DNA from: Gracilinanus agilis
Lineage: Eukaryota
Length of the DNA: 64,000 nt
NCBI RefSeq assembly: GCF_016433145.1
Contig: NC_058131.1
Span: 63,163,253-63,227,252, forward strand
Direction of reading: 5' to 3'
How positions within the stretch are numbered: position 1 is the first letter of the stretch; each line of letters opens with the position of its first letter. The notes below the pieces were generated by a model. It did no database searches and was not told where the DNA came from. It worked only from the letters and a program-made list of their open reading frames with translations. The translations under genes were made by a program, and so were the position numbers. Of this stretch, positions 12,101 to 23,720 are shown piece after piece.

Positions 12101-14047
12101 AAAAATCCAAGGGGATCTCGTCAAGTGACATCTGGTGGAGACCACCAGGGTCATGGACCGGCCGAGGAGAGGGATCCCCCCTAATCTCATCTCCGTTAGC
12201 TCAGGCGGCTAGATGGTGCAGTGAAAAGGACGCAGGACCACCTTATTAAGCTCCTTCTCTTCCCAGGCTCGGAACCGAGAGGCAAGGGCAAGAAGACTGA
12301 GTTCAAACGCAGCCTTGGACACTTAATGTGGCCCTAGACAAGCCTCTTAACCTATGCATGCCTCGGTTTCCTAATTTGTAAAATGGGTATTATAATAATA
12401 CCACCTACTTCCCAAAGTTGTGGTGAGGATAAAATGAAATAATACTTTAAAGCACTTTGGAAACCACTATCATAAATGTTAGCTAATTATTATAATTTTA
12501 GCTCTATGAAAGTTTGTGTTGGTAGCTCCCATGAGCATCTCTTTTCCATTGGCTGACCCTCTTCTACACCATATCTATGGACTAAATTTCCCCAATGAAA
12601 AGTTTGGAGACCAATGCCCTAGTCCCTGGGACTCCTTCTGCCATAGCCTCTGGCTACCCTCTTCCTAGTCTCCCCGAACTTTGGCCTCCACATTCCAATT
12701 CTGGGAGTCCCAGACCTCTCCCTGTGCACACATGTGCTGCTTGCCAGTGGTTGGCCATGATGCCATATTTCCCACATCCTTCCCTATGGATGACCTTCCA
12801 TTTACACTGCATGTATCTGGCATATACAATTATTTGCATGAGGTCTCCCCACCATTAAAAGAAAGCTACTTGAGAACAGGAATTTCATTTTTGCCTTCCT
12901 TTGTATCCTGAGAGATTAGTACCAAGCTAGTCATAAAGTGTTTAATAAATACTGATTGACACCCTGATGAAGAGAATATACTGGCCCTCCAGAGGGGGAT
13001 AAAAGTCAGCAGCTCTCCTTCCTGCCATTCTCCTTCTAGGTTAAGGTAAAAGAAAAGGGAGTGGAGTTGGATCCTTGGGGTATCTGGGTAGCTCAGTGAA
13101 GAGGCCAGAGCATGGGAGAAGAGGTATTTCCCTCAGACCTGCTTAATTGTCCATATAGCTTCGCCCATGGCCCTGCACTACCCACAACAGGCCACTTCTC
13201 ATCCCAGCCCCTAAGTGCAGGAGTAGACTAGCCTGCCTTCTACCTGATGCCTCTCTATCATCCCTAACTAATATTAACTAATTATAATATAAATGTAATA
13301 AAAATTAATATTAGTCATCCCTAAGATATTTTGCTATGGTTACCACAGGCAGGGAGAGAAAGAATTCATACACTAGGGAGGGATGGAGAGAGAGTCTGTC
13401 CCTTCTCTTCCATTTCTCTTCCCACTCCCTGATGATTTCTATATTCCTGAACCCCCACTAAGCTCCAGGAAGAAGATGGACTAAAGTAAAGTGGAGAATG
13501 GGAAGCTTGAATCTGCTGAATTCCATTTGAGAAGGGAAGAAGGGGATGCTCTACGGCATAGAACTACGGGGTCAGAAAGCCAGATTTTGATGGTCACGGA
13601 GTACCTTAAGTGGCCATGATGCTGCTCCTTTCCAGGCATAATAGACTGTTAGATGTAGCTATAGTTGGCACAAATGTTATACTGGGCCCTTGCCTCATGA
13701 TGAGATACCCCAGTCTAGAGCTGCCACTCAGAGTTCCCCCCTCCACCTTATCTAGATAATATGGATCATCCACAGGGCATTTCCCAGAAGCTCCAATGTC
13801 CACCCCTCCATGTTCAGTCCCTCCTCCACCCCACCCAATCCCCAGCACATACTCCTCCCTCCCATATCCTGAGTAGGCTGGGCAGGAACCAAGCTGCCCC
13901 AGAGGAGCCTGCCTGGAGAAGAATCAGCTTTGGCTTTTAAGCTGAGCTGAATTTCCATAATCAAGCTTGAGCCATCTTCCCAGCCCCCAACATCTAGGCT
14001 CTATTCCAATCCCAGGGCTAGCCCCCACCTTCACTTCTGCCTGAGCC

Positions 14048-17000
14048 ATGGGCATGGATACTGAGGAGGGGCAGAAATCTGGAGCCCCCCAAGGTAATGG
14101 GCCAACCCCCCTGGGGGTCACTTTGGGATGCATGGGTAGATGGATGGCCTCAGAGAGAAGCTCCAAATACCTGGAGTCAGCCTTGGTGGGTAGCAGAGAG
14201 CGGGTATTGAGGTTGTTTTCCCAGAGATTGGGAATTAGCCACTTACCACCCAATAGAAGCAGCAAAGTCCAGTGGATGGAGGATGGGCTCTGGAGTCAGA
14301 GAAGTTGGACTTTTGTAGGCCATGCTACTTACTAGCTATGTGACCTAGGACAAGTGATTTATTTGACTTCTTGGGGCCTCAGTTTCTTATCTGTAAAATA
14401 AAGGGCTGAACTAGATAGCCTCTTAGCCCTAAATACTATGATATTTTGGTTTCTGTTATTGCACTCCATAACAATATGGTATTAAAAGATTTATAGAGTA
14501 CGCCTAACCAGACTCCCTTCTCAGCATTAGAGGAAACTAGGAGTGGTTAGAAGAATCACTCAGACCAGGTCAGGGCCTCAGCTTCTAGGAGCCAGGAGCC
14601 AGGAGCCAGTGACTTCCTGTCAGGGACAAGGGAGTGGGAAGCAGCTGTGGCTGATCACTTTTCCTGTCCTCCCCCCCTTCCCCACTCCCATCCACCTAAG
14701 CAGAGTCTGAGTGGCCAGAATTGGAGAAGGCTGAAAGGCTGGCCCGAGGGGCAGCCCTGAAATGGGCTTCAGGCATCTTCTACCGACCTGAGCAGCTGAC
14801 CAGGCTGGACCAGTACCGAAGTCGGGAAGCCCAGAGAATGTGTTCCATTGAGTCCCGAATCAAGGTGTGGGGTAGGGAGAGACTTGCCTTGGACTCCCTA
14901 AAAGTCATTATCCATGCATCCCTGGGCCCAATCATTCCCATTCTGTCCCAGGACTCCCACAATTCTGCCAAAGGACTATGCCCTGCCCATAACAGAATCA
15001 TGTTTAGAGGGACAACCAACGTTCTCTTCTCTGCCCCCTCCATCACTCCCCCACCTGCCACTGACCCCCACAAGTTCTCTCCCCACAGTCTACGATACAG
15101 TCATACTTGGAGAATGTGCAAACAGGCCTTGAACAGCTAAGCCTGGCACTGAAGGAGGTCCAGGAGGCTCGGGAAGCCCTGGCTGAGGCCCGGGGGGCAC
15201 TCAGGAGCCAGGCTGAGGCTGCCCACACCCTAGAGCCTCTCCGGGAGCTGGCTGATCAGCATGGACAACTGCAGGCTGTGACACTCTTACTGCCCCAACT
15301 CTTGGCAGGTGAGTAGACAGGAAGGGGTGGCATAATGCCCCGAGGCTTGCTCCTCCTAGGATCATAGGATTGTGCGATGGAAGAAACTTTAGAGTTCATC
15401 TGGTCCAACACCCTTATTTGAACAGAAAAGGAAGTTAGAGATTAAGAGAGGTTAAATGATAGCAGAGCTAGGATTCCAATCCAGATCTTCTGACCCCCAA
15501 TCTAATATTTTTTCTATTAGGCAATGCTGTCCTTGAGCACCAGCCCTCGTTAGGCCACTTGCACATTACCAGGGCCCAATCAGCTGGGCTAACCTGATAG
15601 CTAACCTGAACCAGTGAAGGGGCTTGGGTGAAGAGGACTCTGGACTTTTATAAAATATCACCAAGCCTCAAAATGGCATTGTAAATCAGCTCCAAAGTCA
15701 GAAGAACTGTAAAGGTCAAATCATCTTTTTTGTTTTCTGCAGTTTTTTTTAATCCTTATGTAAGATTAAAATTAATATCCAATAACTCCAAGTATTATAT
15801 TTTATAAAATTTATTAATAATCACTTGAAGTAGAAGAAATAAAAAGGCAAAAGTAAAAGCCTGAGTAAAGAGAAGTTTTCCCAGCTGCATTGGCACAAAA
15901 AGAAGAGAAGGGCAGGGTCACACACAAACTTTATCTCCAAAACGTAAGGACATAGTGTGCGTGAGAATGAAAGTGGGATGCTGGGAATTGGAGTCCTGGG
16001 GAGCAGATTCTAATTATACATTTACTTTCTGTCTTAGTAACAACTCTAAGACAGAAAGGCAGGGGCTAAGCAAATAGGGTTGTGATTTACTCAGAGTCAC
16101 ACAACTAGAAGTGTCTGAGGTCAGATTTGAGCCCAGGTTCTCCCAACTCCAGGTCTGGCGCTCTGCCCACTGTGCCACCTAGCTGAACCCATAGAGAAGT
16201 TAATAAATGTTTGCTAGACTGAATTTTACATTTGAGAAAAGTAAGTACAGATAGAAGTGATATAAATTCCCCAAAGTCACATAGCAAGTTCATGATAAGT
16301 CTAGAGAAGTCCTGATTGTCCACCCTGTTTCTGGGGCTCCCTTTGGGCCTTTTTCTTAATCTCCTGCTTCCTACTTTTCTATTCACAGTACCTGAGGCAG
16401 TGGCTAGAACCCAGGCCCTGATCCAGGGCCGTGGATTTCTGGAGGCCTACCGGGTCCTACGGGAGCTGGAGCAGTTACGGGATGAGGTGTTAGAACTGCT
16501 TGGGGGACCTGAGCTGCCCCTCTTTGAGGGTCTGACACATCTGGGGGAGGAACTGGGCCTAGCTGTGGGGAAGGTAGTGGGTTCAGCTCGGCAGTTGGCA
16601 CGAGATGATCCAGCCCTGCTAGTAGCTGCAGTGCGGGTGGCTGAACTCGAGGAGCAGAGGGATATTCAGCTCCAGTCGTCCTGCCCTGGGCGACCCAGGG
16701 CCTGGCGCCAACGCTGCCTTGGGGCCCTGCGGAGGGCCCTAGAGGAAGCCTACTTTGAGGCGCCGGCCCCTACTCCCTCCGGCCTGGCTGGACACCTGGC
16801 AGCTCTCCGAGAAGCTCTTCCTGCTGAACTTGCACTGGCTGAGTCCCTCGTGGCACCCTGCTGCCCCGCAGATTACGCCGTGGTGAAACTGTGGGCCCAC
16901 ACCCTGCACCAAGGCCTCTGCCAACACCTGCAGAGACTGATGGACTGCGAAGACCTGGGCAGCCAGGACATCTTCACCTTGTTGCACTGGGCTCTGCATA

Positions 17001-20000
17001 TCTACCCAGGGTCAGTGCCAGGCCGGGGTGGGGGAGAGGCGAGGCAGGGGGGACAGGGAGGGTGGGTAGGGCAAGTCACAGCAAGCTGGAGGAGATGAGG
17101 ATGGAGGGAAGGAATCTTCACAGCTGTCACTTTTCTGATTTCCCTCAGCCCTGAGATGATGGGGCGTCCTGACCTCAGTCCTGAGGCTGACATCTCGGAC
17201 CTCCAACCTTTGCTCTCCCTGGAGGCTGTGGAGCAGCTAGAGAGGACTTACACGGAAAAGATCAAGGTGAGGGTTTGAAGAAATAGAATCTCCAGGCAAA
17301 AGAGAAATTTCTTGGCTCAATACAGTAGGGCAGGACTCGCCTTCTCTAAATATTTCTTTGGCCTTCTTTTCTTTGAATGCTAGCAAAATATTTTAGAAAA
17401 ATGTAACCTCTGTCTTCTTGGGGCAATCCAGCTAGATTAGACAATGGAAGGAGACTACCAAAAAGGTCACCTGCTAGTATTTTGGAAAGCAACCTGGTGA
17501 ACTAGAAAGAACGTGAGCTTTTGAGTTCAGTAACCTGAGTTTGAATCTTAGTTTTCAGCTGGCACATCACTAGCTATATGACCTTGGACAGGTTGATTCC
17601 TCTCTCTTTCCTGAGCCTCAGTTTTTTTTAATGAATTTTTAAAATGGGAATAATTACATCAGTTAGGTGGCTTGGTGATTAAGAGCTGGGCCTAAAGATA
17701 GGAAATTCTAGGTTCAAATCCTAGGCTCAAATCTTCCTAGCTATGTGACCAGAGGCAAGCCACTTAATCCCAGTTGCCTTGCCCTTACCACTCTTCTCTC
17801 AATACAATCAATTCCTTTTTTTTTAACCCTTAACCTTCTGTTGTAGAAGCAACACTATGCATTGGTTCCAAGGCAGAAGAGTGGTAAGGGTTAGGCAATG
17901 GGGGTTAAGTGACTTGCCCAGGGTCACACAGCTAGGAAATGTCTGAGATGGGATTTGAATTCAGATGGGATTTGGTCACATTTTAAGTTGAAAGATTTGG
18001 AATCAGAATTCAAAGCTTGGGCTCATGTGACCTTTTGTTTTCTTTGTAAAATGAGAGAATTGGCCCAGATAACCTTCCAGACCGGGATGCTAACCATGAT
18101 ACTGAAATAGGCTCCCAGGGTCTGACCATCAGAAAGGACTTTGAGAGTCATTAGTTCAAAGGTGAAATAAAATGGCACCCTGGGTAAACACACATTCCCT
18201 CCTCCTGCCCTCAGTGCACTGGGAATCATAAGAAAATCTAACTGATAAGCATTTTAACAAAATAAATACTCTAGAATGAAGATAATTTTAATACATGGTT
18301 TTCTAAGTCAAAATGCTGCCACGGGCATCCTTCTGTGTGGTTTTGGGGCCCCCGTTTCTGAGTTTGACACCATTGGCTGGTCCAATCTTAACCTGCAGAA
18401 ATATGTTATTATCTGCATATATTATCATCTCCAAGTGGTCATCCAGTCTTTGCCTGAAGACCTCTAGAAAGGGGGAACCCACTTGCTCTGGCTCAGGCCA
18501 TTCCACTTTGGGAGAGCTCACCTTGCTTGTTGTTGTTGTTCAGTTGTATCTAACTCTTTGTCACTCCCTTTGGGGTTTTCTTGGCAAAGGTGCTGGTTTG
18601 CCATTTCCTTCTCTAGCTCATTTGATAGATCAGGAAACTGAGGCAAACAGACTTATAGACCTGACCTTATATATATGGTCACATATAGTATCACATAGCC
18701 AGTAAGTGTCTGAGGCTGGATTTGAACTCATGAAAATGAGTCTTCCTGACTACAGGTCCTGTGCTCTGTCCACTCCATCATCTCACTGCCCTTACTAGGA
18801 CACTCTAATCCTTAGGAAGTTGGTCTGGACTTTTTCTTTCTGAAATATTATTTCCTCATAGAGGATATGGGGGTCTATGTATATGTGTGCACCCTGAATC
18901 CTCTTTACTGCACTGTTTTCTGCCTTTTCTCTGTTCTTTTGATGACCCTCACCCAGATAAGTATAGGAGAATGGCTGCAGAAGGCTCTAGAAGGAGAGGT
19001 GGCTGAATGGTTCCGAGAGCAGGAGCCAGACATGGATCCTGAAGGTTTCTATCATTCTTCCCTGCCTGCTGTTGTTTTGCAGGTTTGTGCATATGTGTGT
19101 CGGGGACATGGATTGGGGGAAAGAGGAGAAGAGAATTGTTTGAGGTAGAGGAAAGTGTCAAGTATTTGTACTTTGAAATAATGGCTAACAGTATGCTACC
19201 CTGGGCCTTTCTTCCCCACCTTCCCCCCCACAGATCCTAGATGAGAATATCCGTGTGACAACCTTGATCAGCTCTTCTTTGCAGGAGAGAATATATGGCA
19301 TGGCCCTAAGGGAGCTGGGCACCTTCCTGAGAAGGTCTGTTCTACACCCCCCCACTTCTCCAGTGATATATACAATCCGTATGATCCCCCTGACTGCCAA
19401 CATAGAATCCACCATAGGCATTTCCAAAATGTCAAGGGTGAGGGCACTCTGAGGCAAAATACAAAGGAGGTGATGTGACCCAGTAGGGAAGAGTACTGCC
19501 TCTGTTCAATTCCCACCTCTGATGGATACTTACAACCTATGTGACCTTGGGAAGGTCATTTAAATCTTCCAGGACCTTGGTTTCCTCATTTGTAAAATAA
19601 AGGGTTAAAACAGACCAGATGGCCTCTGAGATCTCTTCCAGCTCTCAAGCTATAATCCTACAATTATGTAAAATGATGCAAGCAGGCCCTTATTTTTGCT
19701 TAGAGCCCAGTGACCTAATGAGAGGTAGTGGGGTAAAAAATGGATGTGGGGCTCAGCCCAAGTGGTGATGGGGTTCATGCATAAAGGATGGTGCTAGCTA
19801 AGCCACTGGTCTCTGCCTTTTCCTGGCTCCCCTGTGCCTTATCCTCCTCTCTCAGCCCTCCTCTGTCCCCAAAGTTTGACTGGCTAGGAATGGAAGCCAT
19901 GGTGCTGGTCCTGCTCACCCATTCTTCCTGGTCACAGCCTCCTGGAGGCACTGGAGCATTTCTCTCAAGAGCACCTGAAGGATGTATCTAAGCCCCGTCA

Positions 20001-22666
20001 CTACGTGCCCTACCTGCTGGTCTGTCTCAATCACTACACTGCTCTAAGGTACTCTCTGCACAGAAAGATGGAGGAACTCTCAGAAAACAGGGTCACCAAG
20101 AGTATGCTAAGGCCATAGGGCTAGGGACAAGAGAAGATCCAGACATCTTAAGGTGGAAATCTTTTGCATAGTTGTGACTGAGGTTAATTCAAGTCAGCAC
20201 ATTTAATTTATACTAGATTCCTTCTTTGTGCTAGACTCTGAGATAACCAAAACAAAAAAAGGTCTCTGTTCTCAGGGGCCTTTCATTCTACTGTGGAGAA
20301 TGTGCTCTGTAAGGCAATTCACTATAAAATCTCAGAGTAAGGAAGCTTCAGTTTCAAAGGTATCCCTGTTCTAGAGGTAAAAGCACTGGATTTTGGAGTA
20401 AGGGGCACTGGGTTTGAATTCCATTCAGCTACTAACTAGTTGTGTGATCTTGGAAAAATCATATTACTTCCCTGGTCCTGTTTCCTCATATGCAAAATTC
20501 AGGATTTGGATTCAAGTCAGTTCCAGCTCTAAACCCCATAGTCTTTTAGGACTGGGCCTGTTTATTCCTTCTTATTGAGGAATTCTTATTCTTCCTTGAT
20601 CTAGATTTCAAGCCAGAAAGCATATCTCACAACCCTTTGAAATGGGTGAACAAGTACTATCATTTTCATTTTTGTTTTTAAACCCTTATCTTTTGTCTTA
20701 GAATTGATACTGAATATCATCAGTTCTAAGGCAAAAGAGCAGTAAGGGCTAGACAATTGGGGTTAAGTGACTTGCCCAGGATCACATAGCTAGGAAGTGT
20801 CTGAAGCCAAATCTGAACCCAGGACCTGTCTTCTCCAGACTGAACCATCTAATGGTTCCTCATTTTCATTTTATAGATGAGGAAAGAGATGGGTTGGGAA
20901 GGATCTTGGAGATTAGTCCATCCAACAACATTTATTAAGCATAGCTCCATGAGCCAGTCACTGTACTAGGTAATAGGGATACCAAGAAAAAATATTAATG
21001 CATAGTTCTTGTCCTCAAGAAGCAACCATTCTAGTGAAAGAATCAACATATACACAGAGAAATAATTCAGAATATATGCTAAGTAATTTAAAATGATAAT
21101 TCAAGCCCTACTTTGTGATTTATAGGGAACAGACTAAGTTGTAGAGTACTTATGCAAGGATATTCACACAGTTGGTAGCAGAGTTAGAATTTAAATTCCA
21201 ATTCTCAATTCAGTGTACTTTCTACTATAATCAGACTAAGTAAGGATGAATAATCCTCAAATCAATCCTCAGCCTCTTTCCCACTTTGTTTCTGCCCCCT
21301 CCATCATGCAGTTCTTCAGTTTCCCTCTTGCAGCCTACTGGGGTGTCCACCCCCACAGGAGTCTCAGCCACCATCGATGCAGCCCTTGGAGACCTCAAGA
21401 AGAAGATCTGCAGACTGATCTTGGATGCTCTGTTGGAGGAGCTACAGGTCTGGGCCCAGAGCCACATCCCTACTCCCTTGCTCCCCACTCCTCTAGGGCC
21501 TGAGATGGTATAGAGCCTAACTTTGCTCCTCTGCTCTCAGCCTCTGTTCGTTGCCTTGCCGTCTCGACAATGGCTATCTAGCCTGGTGATGCTGGATAAA
21601 GTGTGTGAGCAGACAGCCAGCTTCTGCTCACGGTTCTCTAGAGTCCGGAGTCCCATGGCTCAGGTGCGACACATTAGCTGTTCATCTCTTACGCAAGTGA
21701 TTAACCTATACGAACTTCACTTTTCCCATTTGTAAAATGAGGACCAGATTCTAAGGTTCTTTTCAGCTCCAAATCCTGTCCGTGATTCCATCCCATCCCA
21801 AACTCAGGCTCTCGGGTTCCTCTTCCCTCATTTCTTTCCTCCTATCCAAATGTGAGGGTGTGTATGAGCTAGGAGGGGTTGGATCGAATTAGAGCCGCAG
21901 GGGATGGAGGGACAGCTATTCTTCTCAAACTAAACATCCATCCCTTTCTCTGGGGGCTCTAAGACGTTGCTATCGGAGAGCGAGCGCGCCGTGGTGCTGG
22001 AGTATCTTCGGGGCTTGATGCAAGGAAAACTTGTGTGTCGGAATTCGTCTGAGAGGATCCAGACGTCAGAGCGCATGTTGCAGGACTCAGTCCAGCTCAG
22101 GGAGCTCTTCCTTGGCTTGGTGAGAGATGAAAGCACCCCAGTGAAGGCAGCTGAGGATCACATCACAACGCCGGGAGTTAGGGGTGTCTCTTTGGGGTCT
22201 CGAATTCTATGCTGATACCCACCTCAACAGACTGTGTCCATCATTTGTTCTAGGAACTAGAGGAGAACGCGCAGACTGGAGCAGTCCTGGGTGCCCTGCA
22301 GGAGCTGTTTCGCCTCCAGGACCCAGGGCTGCTCAGCCTCGAGGTGTCCAGCTTCTTGCACAAATTCCCCGACGTGAGGTAAAGAGACGTTGCGTTGGCT
22401 CGGAAGGGTAGAGGAGGGCTACCCTCATGGGAAAGGAGAGGGTGTACCCAGCCCATCTTCCCATCTCTCTCAGCGAAGAACATATCGGGGCACTCCTGGA
22501 TGTGCGCGGAGACGTGTCCCGGGAGCAGCGCCAGGCAGTCTTGGAGACGATGCAGGCCAACCCTCCTCCTCCGCCGCCGCCCGAAGGCCACCGGCCACTC
22601 TTCAGCCTTGTGCCAGTGCCCTCGCCTACGCTAGTCTTCTGCTTCCCCGCGGGGTCCTGCTCTTGA
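14048..22666 (+). CDS. EXOC3L1: Exocyst complex component 3-like 1, 745 aa; exons 14048..14093, 14704..14864, 15089..15308, 16389..17010, 17149..17266, 18957..19082, 19234..19334, 19938..20048, 21312..21447, 21541..21663, 21964..22119, 22254..22378, 22474..22666
   Basis: Motifs LARGAALKWASGIFYRPEQL, DPALLVAAVRVAE, HYVPYLL, LPSRQWLSS and PLFSLVP match EXOC3L1. All introns are GT-AG with consistent phase. Exons sum to 2238 nt. The ATG is in a strong Kozak context (gagccATGG). Confidence 0.95.
17662..17960. mobile_element. Two SINE1_Mdo-like copies, tail-to-tail (+ then -), in EXOC3L1 intron 5
   Basis: cccttaccactcttct at about 17782, and its reverse complement agaagagtggtaaggg at about 17876. 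Confidence 0.8.
18530..18790 (-). mobile_element. MAR1-like CORE SINE
   Basis: ttgttgttcagttg...tggggttttcttggcaaag...gaggaaactgaggcaaac...atgagtcttcctgac. Confidence 0.75.
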
Positions 22667-23720
22667 GCGGGCGGCAGGGATGGATCCCTTCTAATAAAAA
22701 CCCAGGGTCGCTGCGGCTGAGTCTGTACGTGGGAGGGAGCCGGACAGCTCTTTTAACTCAATTCTCACTCAGCTCTGGTCAACTGCAACATCCGTAGCCC
22801 GGTTGCCCGAGCCAGGGATTCCAGGATGGGGGCGGGGCGTACGGGTGCGGGAGGGCGGAGCTATCTGTCTTCTAATAGAGGGGGCAGGGCTAACATGAGT
22901 ATGAGAGCGGGATCATGGGGTGGGGGGGGGAGGGGAAGGACCGGGCTGGGTAGGGGCGGAGTCGACGTATTTGCCAATCCTGTTCAGACCGCTTGCACCA
23001 ACTCGCGAGGCTAGCTTGGTAGCTATGCGAGCCAGTTCGACTTCGGGAAGCTCCGCGGTGGGTGGAGCCTGAGGCATGCTGCCTCCTCTACTCCCTCCAG
23101 TATCCCAGACCTCGCCCCCAAGAAGTCCCCCAGGAATCCCACACTTTTCGCGCAGCCGCGAGGTTGACGCGAGCACGTCGCGTGCATGCGTGCCGGCGTC
23201 GGGCTCCAGGCGAGTGGCCGGCTCGCGACTGCAGTGCGGACCCGGGGCTACCGAGGTAGACTGAACCAGGCGGCACGGACAGGTGGGGCGGGGCGGGACT
23301 GGTAGGGCGGGTTTCGGGGTAGGCAGGGGCTGACGGAGAGTGCGCGTCCCCTGACACCCCTATTCTCCTGTTCATTTCCTTCGGCGCGGGGCCCTTCCCC
23401 ACCCCTTTCTATTTGTTAGCCGGAGCTGTCCCCATCTATTGGGTACCGACGGGCGCGCTCTTTGTGAGCTCCCAGGCCGCCGCTCGGTCTGGAGCCCCGC
23501 CCACTCAGGATTCTCGGTTCTTTATTGGCTCAGGGCCATTTTCCCTTGTTGCCTCGCCTCTCACCTCCCCCAGCTCCCATTGGTCAGCACCGCGCCCCCT
23601 CCTTCGTCATCGAGCCCAGCTTTTCTTTTACGCTAACCTTTCCACCCCTTTAACTTACTACCTAAGGGGACCATAGGATAATGGATCCGCTGGTCGGGGG
23701 CCAGGGTCACGCTGGGAAAT
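22250..23720 (+). promoter_or_regulatory. CpG island covering the last EXOC3L1 exons and the MATCAP1 promoter; candidate non-coding exon 1 donor at 23255/23256
   Basis: High CpG density, GC boxes, TTTCGCGC at 23146, ATTGG at 23438, 23524 and 23579, and the donor GAG|GTAGAC. Confidence 0.75.
22693..22698 (+). terminator. Probable EXOC3L1 polyadenylation signal AATAAA
   Basis: AATAAA 27 nt after the stop codon, followed by GT/T-rich sequence. Confidence 0.75.

Noticed and set aside
11362-12184. 246-aa antisense and other ORFs over E2F4 exon 1
   Set aside because: By-product of the CpG island and minisatellite; the only supported coding part is E2F4 exon 1
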